NCBI GenBank assembly: GCA_903911795.1
Contig: CAIWEX010000067.1
Coordinates: 2,684 to 66,683, forward strand
Direction of reading: 5' to 3'
Length of the DNA: 64,000 nucleotides
Source: an uncultured Schlesneria sp.
GTDB lineage: Bacteria > Planctomycetota > Planctomycetia > Planctomycetales > Planctomycetaceae
Made by a program: the position numbers and the translations under genes. Below, one piece after another: positions 52,012 to 61,911 of this stretch (the stretch's first letter is position 1; each line of letters opens with the position of its first letter). A model generated the notes under the pieces. That model had not been told where the DNA came from. It saw nothing but the letters and a program-made list of their open reading frames with translations, and did no database searches.

Positions 52012-52398
52012 TCAGTGCTTCATGTCCTTAACGCCCTTCTTGCCGGCCACTGTCTTCTTCACACCCTTGCGAGTGCGTGCATTTGTTCGGGTGCGTTGAC
52101 CGCGAACGGGCAGGCCGCGACGATGTCGCAGACCACGGTAGCACTGAATGTCCTTCAACCGCATCACGTTCTGCTGAACCTGGCGACGCAACTGCCCTTC
52201 GACAGTGTAGTCCTTGTCCAACAAAGCTGAAATGCGAGCGAGTGAGTCTTCGCTCAACTCGCGAGCCTTGCGTTGAGGATCGACGCCGACGGAGTGGCAA
52301 ACCTCAAACGCCAGATGCGAACCGACGCCGTACAAGTACTGCAACGCAATGTACGTTGGCTTGTCATTCGGGATATCAACCCCCTGAATACGTGGCAT
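52012..52398 (-). CDS. rpsM: 30S ribosomal protein S13
   Basis: [36 protein letters not shown]. Confidence 0.97.
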   Translation of the reverse strand: MPRIQGVDIPNDKPTYIALQYLYGVGSHLAFEVCHSVGVDPQRKARELSEDSLARISALLDKDYTVEGQLRRQVQQNVMRLKDIQCYRGLRHRRGLPVRGQRTRTNARTRKGVKKTVAGKKGVKDMKH

Positions 52399-52549
52399 CT
52401 TCTCTACCGTCCCCTCTGAAACTTATCTTTTGATCGCACCCGCAAGCTCTTGCCGCAGTGCACATGGTCTCATGTTCCAATGATTTTCGCGACCGTGGCA
52501 ACCAAGCTTCATTCGCAATCCGAATTAACCCGGCGACAACTGACCGTCG

Positions 52550-52666
52550 TTAGCCCTGGCGTTGCTTGTGCCGCGCATCGAGCGCGCAGATCACATATAC
52601 TCTACCCTTCCTGCGGACGATTTTACAACCGTCGCAGATCCGCTTCACGCTTGACCTGACTTTCAC
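52550..52666 (-). CDS. rpmJ: 50S ribosomal protein L36 (zinc-binding form), not delimited in the ORF track
   Basis: GTG start; [38 protein letters not shown]. Confidence 0.95.
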   Translation of the reverse strand: MKVRSSVKRICDGCKIVRRKGRVYVICALDARHKQRQG

Positions 52667-52697
52667 GACCGCACTCCCCAAAATTACCACGGCAAAT

Positions 52698-54068
52698 CTA
52701 CTTCGAATCGCGATCCAGTAGCGTCGGCAACCCACGCATCACCAACTGGCTGTCCAGCTTTGTGACCAGGTCGATCACCACCGAAACGCAGATCAACAAT
52801 CCCGTACCGCCGAAAAAGCTCGCTACGAGATAATCCACACTCATCGAATTCACAACCACAGTCGGGATGATTGCCACCAGCGACAGGAACGCGGCCCCGA
52901 CAAATGTCATCCTCAACATCACCTTTTCGAGATATTGAGCCGTTCGAGCTCCTGGCCGATACCCTGGAACAAAGCTACCGAAGTCCTTCAGGTTATTCGC
53001 CATCTCAGTCGGATTAAAGGTCACCGCAGTCCAGAAGAAGCAAAAAAAGTAAATCAGCCCGACGTAGCACGTATTATAGAACACCCCGCCCGAGTTTTGA
53101 AACGCGATATTCGCTGCAACCACGATAGTTCCGATCACCGGAACCGTACCCGCCACTTGTGCAAGATACTGGAAAATCATCTGGGGAAACATCAACAAGC
53201 TGGACGCGAAAATAATCGGCATCACACCCGATTGATTGATCTTGATCGGTAGCGACTGCACCTGTCCACCGACCATTCGCGCCCCACGTACATGCTTGGC
53301 GCTGTGTACAGGGATTCTTCGTTGGGCCTGAGTGATCATCACCACGCAAACTACCACCACAAGAAACAAAATCACCAGGGTCGCATAGCGCTCGATCCCT
53401 GTATCACTGCCAAGTGCCATTCCTTTTTCGAGAACTGGCCAGATCAATTTCCTGACCGCTTCCGGCATACGAGCCAGAATCCCGGCCATGATCAACAGGC
53501 TGACACCATTACCGATTCCAAACTCGTCAATTTGTTCGCCAACCCACATCAGGAAGATACTTCCCGTTGTCATTGTAATTGCGGCCCCAATCTGCCAGAG
53601 AATCCCATCGAATTCGGGCAAAAACGTCCGCGAGCCGCCTGTACCGGCCGCCAACATCCGCACCCAGAAAAAGCTCTGGAAGATGCAGATTACGACTGTC
53701 GCGTACCGAGTATATTCGTTGATCTTTCGGCGACCGCTTTCGCCTTCTTTCTGCATCGCTTCCAGCGGGGGATAAACCGTCCCCAACAACTGAAAAATAA
53801 TCGAAGCAGAAATGTAGGGCATGATACCCAACCCGAAAATCGTCATCATGCCGATGTTGGACGCGGAAAAGAGGGACAGCATGGCAACCATGCGATCCAT
53901 ACCTTCACCGGTCCCCTGGCTCTTGATGTTTTCCGCGAGGATCTCTTGATCGACGTTTGGAAGAACAACGGAAAAGCCGAGTCGATAGACGCCCAACAGC
54001 AGCAACGTCAAGCCGATCTTGGCGCGTACTTCAGGAATGCGCAATAGCTGCAGAAATGACGCGTACAC
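52698..54068 (-). CDS. secY: Preprotein translocase SecY
   Basis: [49 protein letters not shown]. Confidence 0.97.
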   Translation of the reverse strand: MYASFLQLLRIPEVRAKIGLTLLLLGVYRLGFSVVLPNVDQEILAENIKSQGTGEGMDRMVAMLSLFSASNIGMMTIFGLGIMPYISASIIFQLLGTVYPPLEAMQKEGESGRRKINEYTRYATVVICIFQSFFWVRMLAAGTGGSRTFLPEFDGILWQIGAAITMTTGSIFLMWVGEQIDEFGIGNGVSLLIMAGILARMPEAVRKLIWPVLEKGMALGSDTGIERYATLVILFLVVVVCVVMITQAQRRIPVHSAKHVRGARMVGGQVQSLPIKINQSGVMPIIFASSLLMFPQMIFQYLAQVAGTVPVIGTIVVAANIAFQNSGGVFYNTCYVGLIYFFCFFWTAVTFNPTEMANNLKDFGSFVPGYRPGARTAQYLEKVMLRMTFVGAAFLSLVAIIPTVVVNSMSVDYLVASFFGGTGLLICVSVVIDLVTKLDSQLVMRGLPTLLDRDSK

Positions 54069-54112
54069 GCTTCACCCAGTATTTGACGGTTCTTGGCGGC
54101 CTCGGATTGAGC

Positions 54113-54577
54113 TTATTCGTTACGGCCTTGTGTGACCACCTTGCCACCAGCCAGCTCAACAGACTTCCTGGCACCGACCGTCGCTCCACCGACCACAACG
54201 ACCAATGACTTCGTCAAAGGAGTTGCACCGATCAGCTTAACAGCGGCCGTACCAGACTTGCGTCGCGGCAGAATCCCACGACTTCGCAGCTCCGCTGCCG
54301 TCACGGTCTCGCCCGAATTGAACGCCTTTTCCAAATCTGCGACGTCGCAAACTTCCCATTCGGTCGCAAACGCGCGATTATTAAAACCACGCTTGGCGAT
54401 GCGTCGAACCAACGGCATCTGACCACCCTCGAAGGTGATCCGATTTTTGTGACCAGAACGGCTCCCAGCACCCTTATGCCCGCGCCCCGAAGTCTTACCA
54501 TGTCCAGAACCGATACCACGACCGACTCGCTTACGAGCACGTGCCTTGGGACCCGAGTTCAATTGGTGAATCATCAT
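54113..54577 (-). CDS. rplO: 50S ribosomal protein L15
   Basis: RVGRGIGSGHGKTSGRGHKG, FEGGQMPL. Confidence 0.95.
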   Translation of the reverse strand: MMIHQLNSGPKARARKRVGRGIGSGHGKTSGRGHKGAGSRSGHKNRITFEGGQMPLVRRIAKRGFNNRAFATEWEVCDVADLEKAFNSGETVTAAELRSRGILPRRKSGTAAVKLIGATPLTKSLVVVVGGATVGARKSVELAGGKVVTQGRNE

Positions 54578-55059
54578 CGTTCCACACCTCCGCGAAGTCG
54601 CGCTACGTCAGCACGATGCCGGAGTTGACGAATCGCATCGAATGCAGCCTTGACCACATTCAGCGGATTGCTCGATCCACGGCATTTTGTGAGCACATCT
54701 TTCATTCCGGCAGCTTCGGCGATCGATCGCACTGCAGCCCCGGCAATAATTCCCGTACCAGCGTTGGCTGGCATCAACATGACTGACGACGAACCGAACT
54801 TCCCGATCACCGAATGCGGCACAGTTCCGTTTTCAGTGGGGACGTCGAACATTCGCCGGCCAGCAGCCTTAACGGCTTTCTCAACAGCCTGAGGGACTTC
54901 CACACCCTTTCCGTAGCCGTAGCCGACCTTACCTCGTCCGTCACCCACCACCACCAGCGCGGTGAAGCTGAATCGGCGTCCGCCCTTAACGACGCAGGCG
55001 CATCGACGAATCTGCACGACTCGTTCAGGATATTCTTTGTTGTTTTGCTCTGCCGACAC
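54574..55059 (-). CDS. rpsE: 30S ribosomal protein S5
   Basis: VVKGGRRFSFTALVVVGD, GTGIIAG. Confidence 0.95.
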   Translation of the reverse strand: MSAEQNNKEYPERVVQIRRCACVVKGGRRFSFTALVVVGDGRGKVGYGYGKGVEVPQAVEKAVKAAGRRMFDVPTENGTVPHSVIGKFGSSSVMLMPANAGTGIIAGAAVRSIAEAAGMKDVLTKCRGSSNPLNVVKAAFDAIRQLRHRADVARLRGGVER

Positions 55060-55120
55060 CGGTCCAACCCCTCAATTATGAATGATCTCGAGCACTCGCT
55101 ACGCGTGTGAGAAGACTCCG

Positions 55121-55483
55121 TCAGAGATCCAACCCCGCGCCTCTGGCTCCATCGGCAAATGCCTTCACTCGGCCATGGTAGCGATAAGCCCCTCGATCCA
55201 GGCACGCTGCGGTGACTCCCGCAGCCAACAACCGTTCAGCGATCAACCGACCGACACCGTTTGCAGCCGTTACCCCGGTGATTGGCTTTCCAGCTTCCCC
55301 ACCAAGTTCGCCTGACCAAGCGGATGCAACGGTCTTACCCGCAGTGTCATCAATCGCCTGAACACGAAAATACAAATTGCTGCGGAAAACCGACAGCCGG
55401 ATGCGTCCCGATCCCTTCAGTTTGTTGCGAACTCGAAACGTTCGCCGCCGCTGCTGATTCGCCAGACGCTTAACTTTGTTCAT
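55121..55483 (-). CDS. rplR: 50S ribosomal protein L18
   Basis: RLSVFRSN, DRGAYRYHGRVKAFADGAR. Confidence 0.93.
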   Translation of the reverse strand: MNKVKRLANQQRRRTFRVRNKLKGSGRIRLSVFRSNLYFRVQAIDDTAGKTVASAWSGELGGEAGKPITGVTAANGVGRLIAERLLAAGVTAACLDRGAYRYHGRVKAFADGARGAGLDL

Positions 55484-55586
55484 TTCCAGAGTCCCAACAC
55501 CACACGGTCACCCGCGTTGAATTTTGCCTGTCCAATATTCGCCTGCGAAGTTTCAACAGCACTCCGCTAACCACAATCTCAAGAAC

Positions 55587-56132
55587 TTAGCTGCCGAAGG
55601 CCTTACCTTGCTTACGCTTCACATGCTCGCCAGCATAACGAATCCCTTTGCCTTTGTAAGGCTCAGGAGGTCGGATACTGCGAACATTCGCCGCGACTTG
55701 GCCGACGGCCTGCCGATCAGCGGACTTCAGAATTACGTGCGTATTGTCCGGCAGTTCACAAGTGACCCCTTTGGGGATCTCGATGATAACCGGATTTGCA
55801 AATCCGACGTTCAGCGTCAACTTACCAGGAGCCAATGCTGCCTGGTAACCCACTCCCACGATTTCCAGTTTCTTTTCCCAGGGCTGCACGACGCCACGAA
55901 CATGATTCGCAATCAACGCACGCACCAAACCGTGCAACGCTCGTAGTTCACGACGATCATCGGCTCGGGTCACTGCAACTTCGCGTTTCGTGCCATCGTA
56001 AGCAACGCTGATGCCTTCAGGGACTCGAACGGACAATTGACCGTGCGTCCCCTTGACATGCACCTCGTCCGCCTGCGTTTTGACATCGACACCGGCAGCG
56101 ACCGTAATGACTGCTGAACCCACTCGTGACAT
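55587..56132 (-). CDS. rplF: 50S ribosomal protein L6
   Basis: MSRVG, LEIVGVGY, RPPEPYKGKGIRY. Confidence 0.95.
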   Translation of the reverse strand: MSRVGSAVITVAAGVDVKTQADEVHVKGTHGQLSVRVPEGISVAYDGTKREVAVTRADDRRELRALHGLVRALIANHVRGVVQPWEKKLEIVGVGYQAALAPGKLTLNVGFANPVIIEIPKGVTCELPDNTHVILKSADRQAVGQVAANVRSIRPPEPYKGKGIRYAGEHVKRKQGKAFGS

Positions 56133-56193
56133 TATTCACCTGACCAAGTCTGCACAACGAACCCGAATTCCACTCGCGTCGACCCTCACGGGA

Positions 56194-56595
56194 TCACCAT
56201 ACGACGCAAAGGACCTCACCGCCGACATTCGCCTTTTTCGCTTCGCCGCCACCCAGCACTCCGCGATTTGTCGAGAGCAGGCATACACCCAACCCTTGCA
56301 ACACGTTCGGAATGTCTCCAACCGACGAGTAAACTCGCCGACCAGGGCGGCTGACGCACGAGATCTGCTGGATCACGCGCTCACCGGTGGGACCGTACTT
56401 CAAATTGATCCGTAGTCGGCGCTTCGACTCATCGTCAGCTGCACTTACGACTTCGAAATCCCAAATATAACCATGTCGTTGCAGTGCGCCGGCAATCGCC
56501 ACTCGCAGCTTCGAAGTAGGAAATTCGACTACTGCACGTTCAGCAGCAACCGCATTCCGAATACACGTCAACATATCCGCCACGGGATCCGACAT
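56194..56595 (-). CDS. rpsH: 30S ribosomal protein S8
   Basis: DPVADML..IRN, SRPGRRVY, STNRGV, GGEV. Confidence 0.95.
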   Translation of the reverse strand: MSDPVADMLTCIRNAVAAERAVVEFPTSKLRVAIAGALQRHGYIWDFEVVSAADDESKRRLRINLKYGPTGERVIQQISCVSRPGRRVYSSVGDIPNVLQGLGVCLLSTNRGVLGGGEAKKANVGGEVLCVVW

Positions 56596-56634
56596 TCTGT
56601 TTTCCCTGTCCAATTCGTCCGACGCTGAATCCGA

Positions 56635-56820
56635 CTACCAACTCGCCTTCCGCACGCCTGGAATCAAACCATCCAGACTCATATTACGGAAGCAAATACG
56701 ACACAGTTTGAACCGACGATACACGCTGCGCGGACGCCCACACAACTGACACCGATGCTCGATCCTCGAACTGAATTTCGGCTTCTTGGCCGCCTTCACG
56801 ATATGTGCTGTAGTCGCCAA
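56635..56820 (-). CDS. rpsN: 30S ribosomal protein S14, type Z (4-Cys zinc form)
   Basis: RCQLCGRPR...LCRICFR...IPGVRKASW. Confidence 0.95.
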   Translation of the reverse strand: MATTAHIVKAAKKPKFSSRIEHRCQLCGRPRSVYRRFKLCRICFRNMSLDGLIPGVRKASW

Positions 56821-56892
56821 TGCAGTGCTCCCAAATCCTGTCTCATTCCGATCTTGATTTAACTTGCAGCAACCATAAGGTCCACTGCGCCG

Positions 56893-57438
56893 TCACTCCG
56901 CCTTCTTGAACGGAAAACCGAGTTCCAGCAACAACTGGCGGCCTTCATCGTCGTTCGTGGCAGTCGTGACAACCGCGATGTTCATCCCCTGAACGAACGA
57001 AACCTTATCAGGATTCAATTCAGGAAATACCATCTGTTCGTTCAACCCCATGCTGAAGTTGCCCCGACCATCAAAACCTTTGCCATCGACGCCGCGGAAG
57101 TCGCGAACACGCGGCAACACCAAGTTGATCAGGCGTTCCATGAATTCGTACATCCGACGTGATCGCAGCGTGACTGCACAGCCAATTTCCATCCCTTCGC
57201 GCAGCCGAAAACCGGAAATCGCCCGTCGTGCACGCGTGATACGCGGTTTCTGACCGGCAATCAGCCCGAGTTGCTCGACAGCCTCTTCCAGTCGCTTGCG
57301 CTCACCAACCGCCTTGCCGAGACCCATGCTGATCACGACTTTTTCGACCTTGGGAACGGCATGAACGTTGCGCCCACCGAGCTTCTCACTCAGGCGAGGA
57401 ACAATCTCTGTGCGATATTTTGTCTGCAGCGAACTCAT
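56893..57438 (-). CDS. rplE: 50S ribosomal protein L5
   Basis: VPKVEKVVISMG, GFRLREG, LPRVRDFRG, FDGRGN. Confidence 0.96.
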   Translation of the reverse strand: MSSLQTKYRTEIVPRLSEKLGGRNVHAVPKVEKVVISMGLGKAVGERKRLEEAVEQLGLIAGQKPRITRARRAISGFRLREGMEIGCAVTLRSRRMYEFMERLINLVLPRVRDFRGVDGKGFDGRGNFSMGLNEQMVFPELNPDKVSFVQGMNIAVVTTATNDDEGRQLLLELGFPFKKAE

Positions 57439-57505
57439 TTGGGACCAGCCTCATCCGATCTTGACTTCACAACCCCGGCCAATCTCATGCCGGCAAATTT
57501 TTAAA

Positions 57506-57835
57506 TTACTTACCAGCGGCCTTCAATGCTGTACCGCATTTCCGACAGCCTCGATATTTTTTGCCATCCGCGTCCAACCGGTTACCGACCCGGACACCCC
57601 TGTCGCACTTCGGGCAGTAAACCTGCACGTTGCTGGCGTCAATTGGCATTTCAATCGACAACCGACCACCCTGAGGGCTCTTTGGATGCCCCTTCTTCAC
57701 ATGGCGATAGACGCGATTCACGTTCTCAACGACAATCTTAACCCCACCCTCTTCCAAGCGCAGGACTTTGCGAGCCACTTTACCGCTGTCATCGCCTGTA
57801 CAGACGACAACCATATCACCCTTCAGAATTCTCAT
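57506..57835 (-). CDS. rplX: 50S ribosomal protein L24
   Basis: KGDMVVV..G.D.GK, VENVN...RH.K, EMPI.ASNV. Confidence 0.93.
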   Translation of the reverse strand: MRILKGDMVVVCTGDDSGKVARKVLRLEEGGVKIVVENVNRVYRHVKKGHPKSPQGGRLSIEMPIDASNVQVYCPKCDRGVRVGNRLDADGKKYRGCRKCGTALKAAGK

Positions 57836-57914
57836 CACTCGCCTCTTCGCAGCCAACGACCAAAATTTGAACTTGCCGCAATTCCACCAGAAATCCACCA
57901 GTTCACAGAACTGA

Positions 57915-58283
57915 TCAAACCACTTCCGGCGCCAGGCTCACAATCTTCATAAATTTACGCTCTCGCAACTCACGTGCGACAGCACCGAAGATGCGACTTC
58001 CCTTTGGATTGTTCTCATCATCGACAATTACCACCGCGTTCGAATCGAATCGAACCGTGCTGCCGTCTGCTCGTCCCGCAGGTTGTTTCACCCGAACGAT
58101 CACGGCCTTTACGACAGCCTTACGCTTGATGACGCCCGTAGTCGTCGCCTTTTGTACGGCAACGACGACAATATCACCCAGGCCAGCGGTACGTCGTCCG
58201 GAACTTCCCAGCACCTTGATGCATCGCGCACTTTTGGCACCGGAGTTGTCGGCAACGTCAACGATTGTCTGCATTTGTATCAT
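57915..58283 (-). CDS. rplN: 50S ribosomal protein L14
   Basis: MIQ...[25 protein letters not shown]. Confidence 0.97.
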   Translation of the reverse strand: MIQMQTIVDVADNSGAKSARCIKVLGSSGRRTAGLGDIVVVAVQKATTTGVIKRKAVVKAVIVRVKQPAGRADGSTVRFDSNAVVIVDDENNPKGSRIFGAVARELRERKFMKIVSLAPEVV

Positions 58284-58329
58284 AGATCACACTCAACATC
58301 CACAAGCACGTGTCAAACTAATGCCCAGA

Positions 58330-58560
58330 CTAAAGAACTTTGACCAGTCGCCACCGCTTCAAGCGTGACAACGGTCGGCTTTCAACGATTTCCACGCGAT
58401 CGCCGAGCTTCGACACGTTGTCTTCGTCATGAACGTGACAAACCGTTCGACGTCGGATCGTCTTGCCGTACTTCGGATGCGCCAAGACTCGTTCCACTTC
58501 CACTCGCCGCGTCTTATCCGCGCCGTCCGACTTTACAATTCCGATTTCTCGTTTACGCAT
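58330..58560 (-). CDS. rpsQ: 30S ribosomal protein S17
   Basis: G.VKSD..DKT, HPKYGK, HDE.N...GD.V.I.E.RPLS.LKRW. Confidence 0.93.
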   Translation of the reverse strand: MRKREIGIVKSDGADKTRRVEVERVLAHPKYGKTIRRRTVCHVHDEDNVSKLGDRVEIVESRPLSRLKRWRLVKVL

Positions 58561-58655
58561 CTTCCATTCTCGCAATACTTGACAAGCCTGTCCGCAAATC
58601 TCACGTCAAACAGCACGCCATCTCACATCGGCCGCCGATTTCATCCCTGGAGGGA

Positions 58656-58841
58656 TCAACCCTTGGCCGCAGCAATCTCACGAGCCCGCATTTCAGTCAG
58701 CACCCGTGCGATGTCTCGGCGCAATTTCTTGCACTTATGACCGACGGTCTTATCAGAAGCCGCCTTCATCTTCGCATCAAGCCTTTCGCGGCAGGATTCG
58801 CTCAACTGCAGCTCGAGTTGTTCCTGACTCAATTCCTTCAT
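58656..58841 (-). CDS. rpmC: 50S ribosomal protein L29 (divergent)
   Basis: Position between rplP and rpsQ; LRRDIARVLT motif. Confidence 0.85.
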   Translation of the reverse strand: MKELSQEQLELQLSESCRERLDAKMKAASDKTVGHKCKKLRRDIARVLTEMRAREIAAAKG

Positions 58842-58876
58842 CGCCCTACCTCATTCAAGTCCGCAACACGAACTCG

Positions 58877-59296
58877 TTAGACTAATGGTGACCGACCGAC
58901 CAAGCGGACGCGAACAGGTAACTTATATGCAACACGCGCGAAACATTCACGCGCAGCCGCTTCGCTCACCCCTGCCAACTCAAACATCACCTTACCAGGT
59001 CGAATCACTGCCACCCAGTGGTCAGGTTCACCCTTACCGGTACCCATTCGAGTTTCCAGCGGACGAGCGGTCATTGGCTTATTCGGGAAAATCCGGATGT
59101 ACAGCTTGCCTTCACCGCGGACATACTGCGAAATCGCCACACGGCACGCTTCGATGGTATTACCACGAACACGCCCCGCTTCCGTCGCCTGCAGTCCCCA
59201 GTCACCGAACGACACTGTCACTCCGCGACTCGCGTTACCTTTTACGCGCCCTCTTTGCTCTTTGCGGTGCTTTACCCGCTTGGGCATGAGTGCCAT
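58877..59296 (-). CDS. rplP: 50S ribosomal protein L16
   Basis: MPKRVKHRK, IRIFP, RMGTGKG; AGGAG Shine-Dalgarno inside rpsC. Confidence 0.96.
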   Translation of the reverse strand: MALMPKRVKHRKEQRGRVKGNASRGVTVSFGDWGLQATEAGRVRGNTIEACRVAISQYVRGEGKLYIRIFPNKPMTARPLETRMGTGKGEPDHWVAVIRPGKVMFELAGVSEAAARECFARVAYKLPVRVRLVGRSPLV

Positions 59297-59936
59297 CGTT
59301 CTGCTCCTGAGTTTCGTATTCGCCGAGATTGATCCACACTTTAACGCCAATCACACCCATCGTAGTCTTCGCCATGGCGAAACCATAATCGATGTGCTTC
59401 CGGATCGTAGACAGCGGGATCGATCCCCGACTGGCCTTTTCCGTACGAGACATTTCGGCACCACCAAGGCGACCGGAAAGCTCAACCTTCATACCATCCA
59501 CGCCCGTCTCCATCACCTGGTCCAAGGACCGCTTCAGGACTCGACGGAAACTTCCTCGTTTCACCAGTTGCTGAGCGATATCCTCGGCAACCAGGACGGC
59601 CGATCGCAGTGGCTGAGAGATTTCTACAATCTTCAGATCCATACGCCGACCAGTCAGATCTTCCAACTCAGCCTTCAGACGATCAACTTCCTGACCCTTC
59701 CGGCCAATGATGATCCCTGGGCGAGCCGTATGCAGGAAAACCACTACCTGATCGCGCGTTCGCTCGATCTCGATCCGTGGAATTGCAGCGAACTCATATT
59801 TTTTCTTGATGAACTGACGAAGCTTGAAGTCTTCGATCAGAAGATCCCCGAATTCAGCGCGCGACGCATACCAGCGGCTTCGCCAATCCTCGACGATCCC
59901 GACTCGAAACCCCGTCGGTCGAACTTTCTGCCCCAT
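59235..59936 (-). CDS. rpsC: 30S ribosomal protein S3
   Basis: MGQKV.P.GFR, RPGIIIGRKG, SGRLGGAE, G.IGVKVWI. Confidence 0.96.
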   Translation of the reverse strand: MGQKVRPTGFRVGIVEDWRSRWYASRAEFGDLLIEDFKLRQFIKKKYEFAAIPRIEIERTRDQVVVFLHTARPGIIIGRKGQEVDRLKAELEDLTGRRMDLKIVEISQPLRSAVLVAEDIAQQLVKRGSFRRVLKRSLDQVMETGVDGMKVELSGRLGGAEMSRTEKASRGSIPLSTIRKHIDYGFAMAKTTMGVIGVKVWINLGEYETQEQNDGTHAQAGKAPQRAKRARKR

Positions 59937-59980
59937 GGAAGCACACCCTTATACCAACAGAACTGGATCCGTTTGCGAAC

Positions 59981-60316
59981 TTATTCTGGCGAGCTGATCG
60001 CAACCGTGATGTGCGACATTCGCTTTTTAATCATAAAACCCATACCCCGCGCATGCGGTTGGATCCGCTTGAGCGTTGGCCCCGTATCCACGCCAGCCTT
60101 AGTCACAACAAGGCTATCCGCGTTGCGTACATTTCGCTCTTCAGCGTTGGCGATCGCGCTCTTCAACGCCTTCTCCAACATGCGCGCCCCACGATGTGGC
60201 AGGTAACGCAATGTTTCCAAACCATCTCGGGCCGAGCGACCTCGCACGAGGTCCGCAATATGCCGAAGCTTGGTCGGCGAGATCCGGGCATATCGAATAA
60301 CTGCTTGGTAGTCCAT
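59981..60316 (-). CDS. rplV: 50S ribosomal protein L22
   Basis: RISPTKLR..ADLVRG, SAIANAE, LKRIQPHARG, SHITV. Confidence 0.95.
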   Translation of the reverse strand: MDYQAVIRYARISPTKLRHIADLVRGRSARDGLETLRYLPHRGARMLEKALKSAIANAEERNVRNADSLVVTKAGVDTGPTLKRIQPHARGMGFMIKKRMSHITVAISSPE

Positions 60317-60344
60317 GACCTGCTCTCAAAAACGGCTTTAAGCC

Positions 60345-60611
60345 TTACTTACCGCCCTTGTTCCCGTGACCACGGAACGTGCGGGTCAACGAAAATTCGC
60401 CCAACTTATGTCCGACCATTTCTTCGGTCACATAGACACTCACGAAAATCTTACCATTGTGCACCATGAAGGTATGCCCAATGAATTCCGGCGAAATCGT
60501 CGACCGGCGAGCCCACGTCTTGATTGGCTCTTTTTTCCGTCCCTGCTGCGCCGCTGCCTTCGCGATCAATTTCGCGTCGACATACGGACCCTTCTTAAGA
60601 CTGCGCCCCAT
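60345..60611 (-). CDS. rpsS: 30S ribosomal protein S19
   Basis: [34 protein letters not shown]. Confidence 0.96.
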   Translation of the reverse strand: MGRSLKKGPYVDAKLIAKAAAQQGRKKEPIKTWARRSTISPEFIGHTFMVHNGKIFVSVYVTEEMVGHKLGEFSLTRTFRGHGNKGGK

Positions 60612-60668
60612 GGTGTTTCGCCCCAGGCCTGATGGCCCACTCAAAGAACCGTTGAACCAAACTTTGTA

Positions 60669-61526
60669 TTACAGTGAAACTTGTCCGTATCGTCGTGACT
60701 TGCGGCGGCGAATAATCGCATTCCGTGTCGGTCGACGTGGATTTCTTGTGCGACCACCCTTTGCCAACTTGCCGGTCGGGCTAACGGGATGCCGACCGCC
60801 CGAACGACGGCCTTCACCACCACCCATCGGATGCGAAATCGGATTCATTGCCGAACCACGGACGTATGGGCGAATCCCCTTGCGTCGAACGCGGCCAGCC
60901 TTACCAATCACGATCATTGAATGCTCAGAGAAACCAAGAACACCGATCGTTGCCCGGCATTCCGAAGGAACGCGTCGAACTTCGCCCGATGGCAGTGTTA
61001 TCTGCGCCCAATTGCCTTCACTCGCGTTCATCACTGCTGAAACACCAGCACTCCGACACAACTGGCCGCCACGCCCTGGCTGCAACTCGATATTGTGTAT
61101 CGCGGTCCCGACGGGAATCAACCGCAGGGGCATACAGTTGCCCAGCAGAGGCTCACATTCAGTCCCACTCGAAATCCGCGCACCAGCGGCCAAACCCTCA
61201 GGAGCGAGAATATAAGTCTTTTCGCCGTCGTCGTACTGCAACAACGCGATGCGTGCCGTTCGGTTTGGATCGTACTCAATGTGCGTCACCAACGCTCCGA
61301 CACCATCCTTGTTTCGGCGGAAATCAATTTCGCGAAACAGGATCCGTGAGCCACCGCCACGATGCCGACAAGTAATCTTGCCCTGAAAGTTACGGCCGCC
61401 GCGTCGCTTGAACCTGCTGGTCAAGGACTTCTCGGGCCGCTTCTTCTTGTCAGTAATGTCAGCAAAATCGCTGACCTGACCGCCTCGGCGACCTGCACTG
61501 GTCGGCTTGTAGGTTCGAATCCCCAT
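60669..61526 (-). CDS. rplB: 50S ribosomal protein L2
   Basis: HRGGG, EYDPNR, RGSAMNP..HP.GGGEGR. Confidence 0.97.
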   Translation of the reverse strand: MGIRTYKPTSAGRRGGQVSDFADITDKKKRPEKSLTSRFKRRGGRNFQGKITCRHRGGGSRILFREIDFRRNKDGVGALVTHIEYDPNRTARIALLQYDDGEKTYILAPEGLAAGARISSGTECEPLLGNCMPLRLIPVGTAIHNIELQPGRGGQLCRSAGVSAVMNASEGNWAQITLPSGEVRRVPSECRATIGVLGFSEHSMIVIGKAGRVRRKGIRPYVRGSAMNPISHPMGGGEGRRSGGRHPVSPTGKLAKGGRTRNPRRPTRNAIIRRRKSRRYGQVSL

Positions 61527-61573
61527 GCTACCTAACCTTCACTCATTCCACGGAATATTCAAAAACTGTTTGC

Positions 61574-61876
61574 TTAGAACAGAGCAATGCGATCATCCTC
61601 GTGCAGCGTCACCAGAGCCCGCTTTGAAGGACTCGTCTCGCCGATCATCGCTTTGAATCGTCGCGATTTTCCGACTCGATTCTGAATCCGCACACCAACA
61701 ACACGAACCGACCAATGCTTCTCAACGGCCTCTTTCACACTCTGCTTCGTAGCAGCAGTGCTCACGAGGAAACAGAACGTGTTCCGCCGCTCCGACAGAT
61801 GCATCGTTTTTTCGGTAATCAGCGGTCGCAGCAGCACTTCATGCCCACGCAATTCGAAGCCAATTTCACCCGCCAT
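61574..61876 (-). CDS. rplW: 50S ribosomal protein L23
   Basis: RPLITEK, ATKQSVKEAVE, KRALVTL. Confidence 0.93.
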   Translation of the reverse strand: MAGEIGFELRGHEVLLRPLITEKTMHLSERRNTFCFLVSTAATKQSVKEAVEKHWSVRVVGVRIQNRVGKSRRFKAMIGETSPSKRALVTLHEDDRIALF

Positions 61877-61911
61877 CTTTAAACCCCTAATCCATGACTC
61901 GACTGTTACAA

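Noticed and set aside
59097-60206. 369-aa plus-strand ORF opposite rpsC/rplV/rplP
   Set aside because: Antisense shadow of conserved ribosomal genes; low-complexity Ser/Arg/Leu composition.
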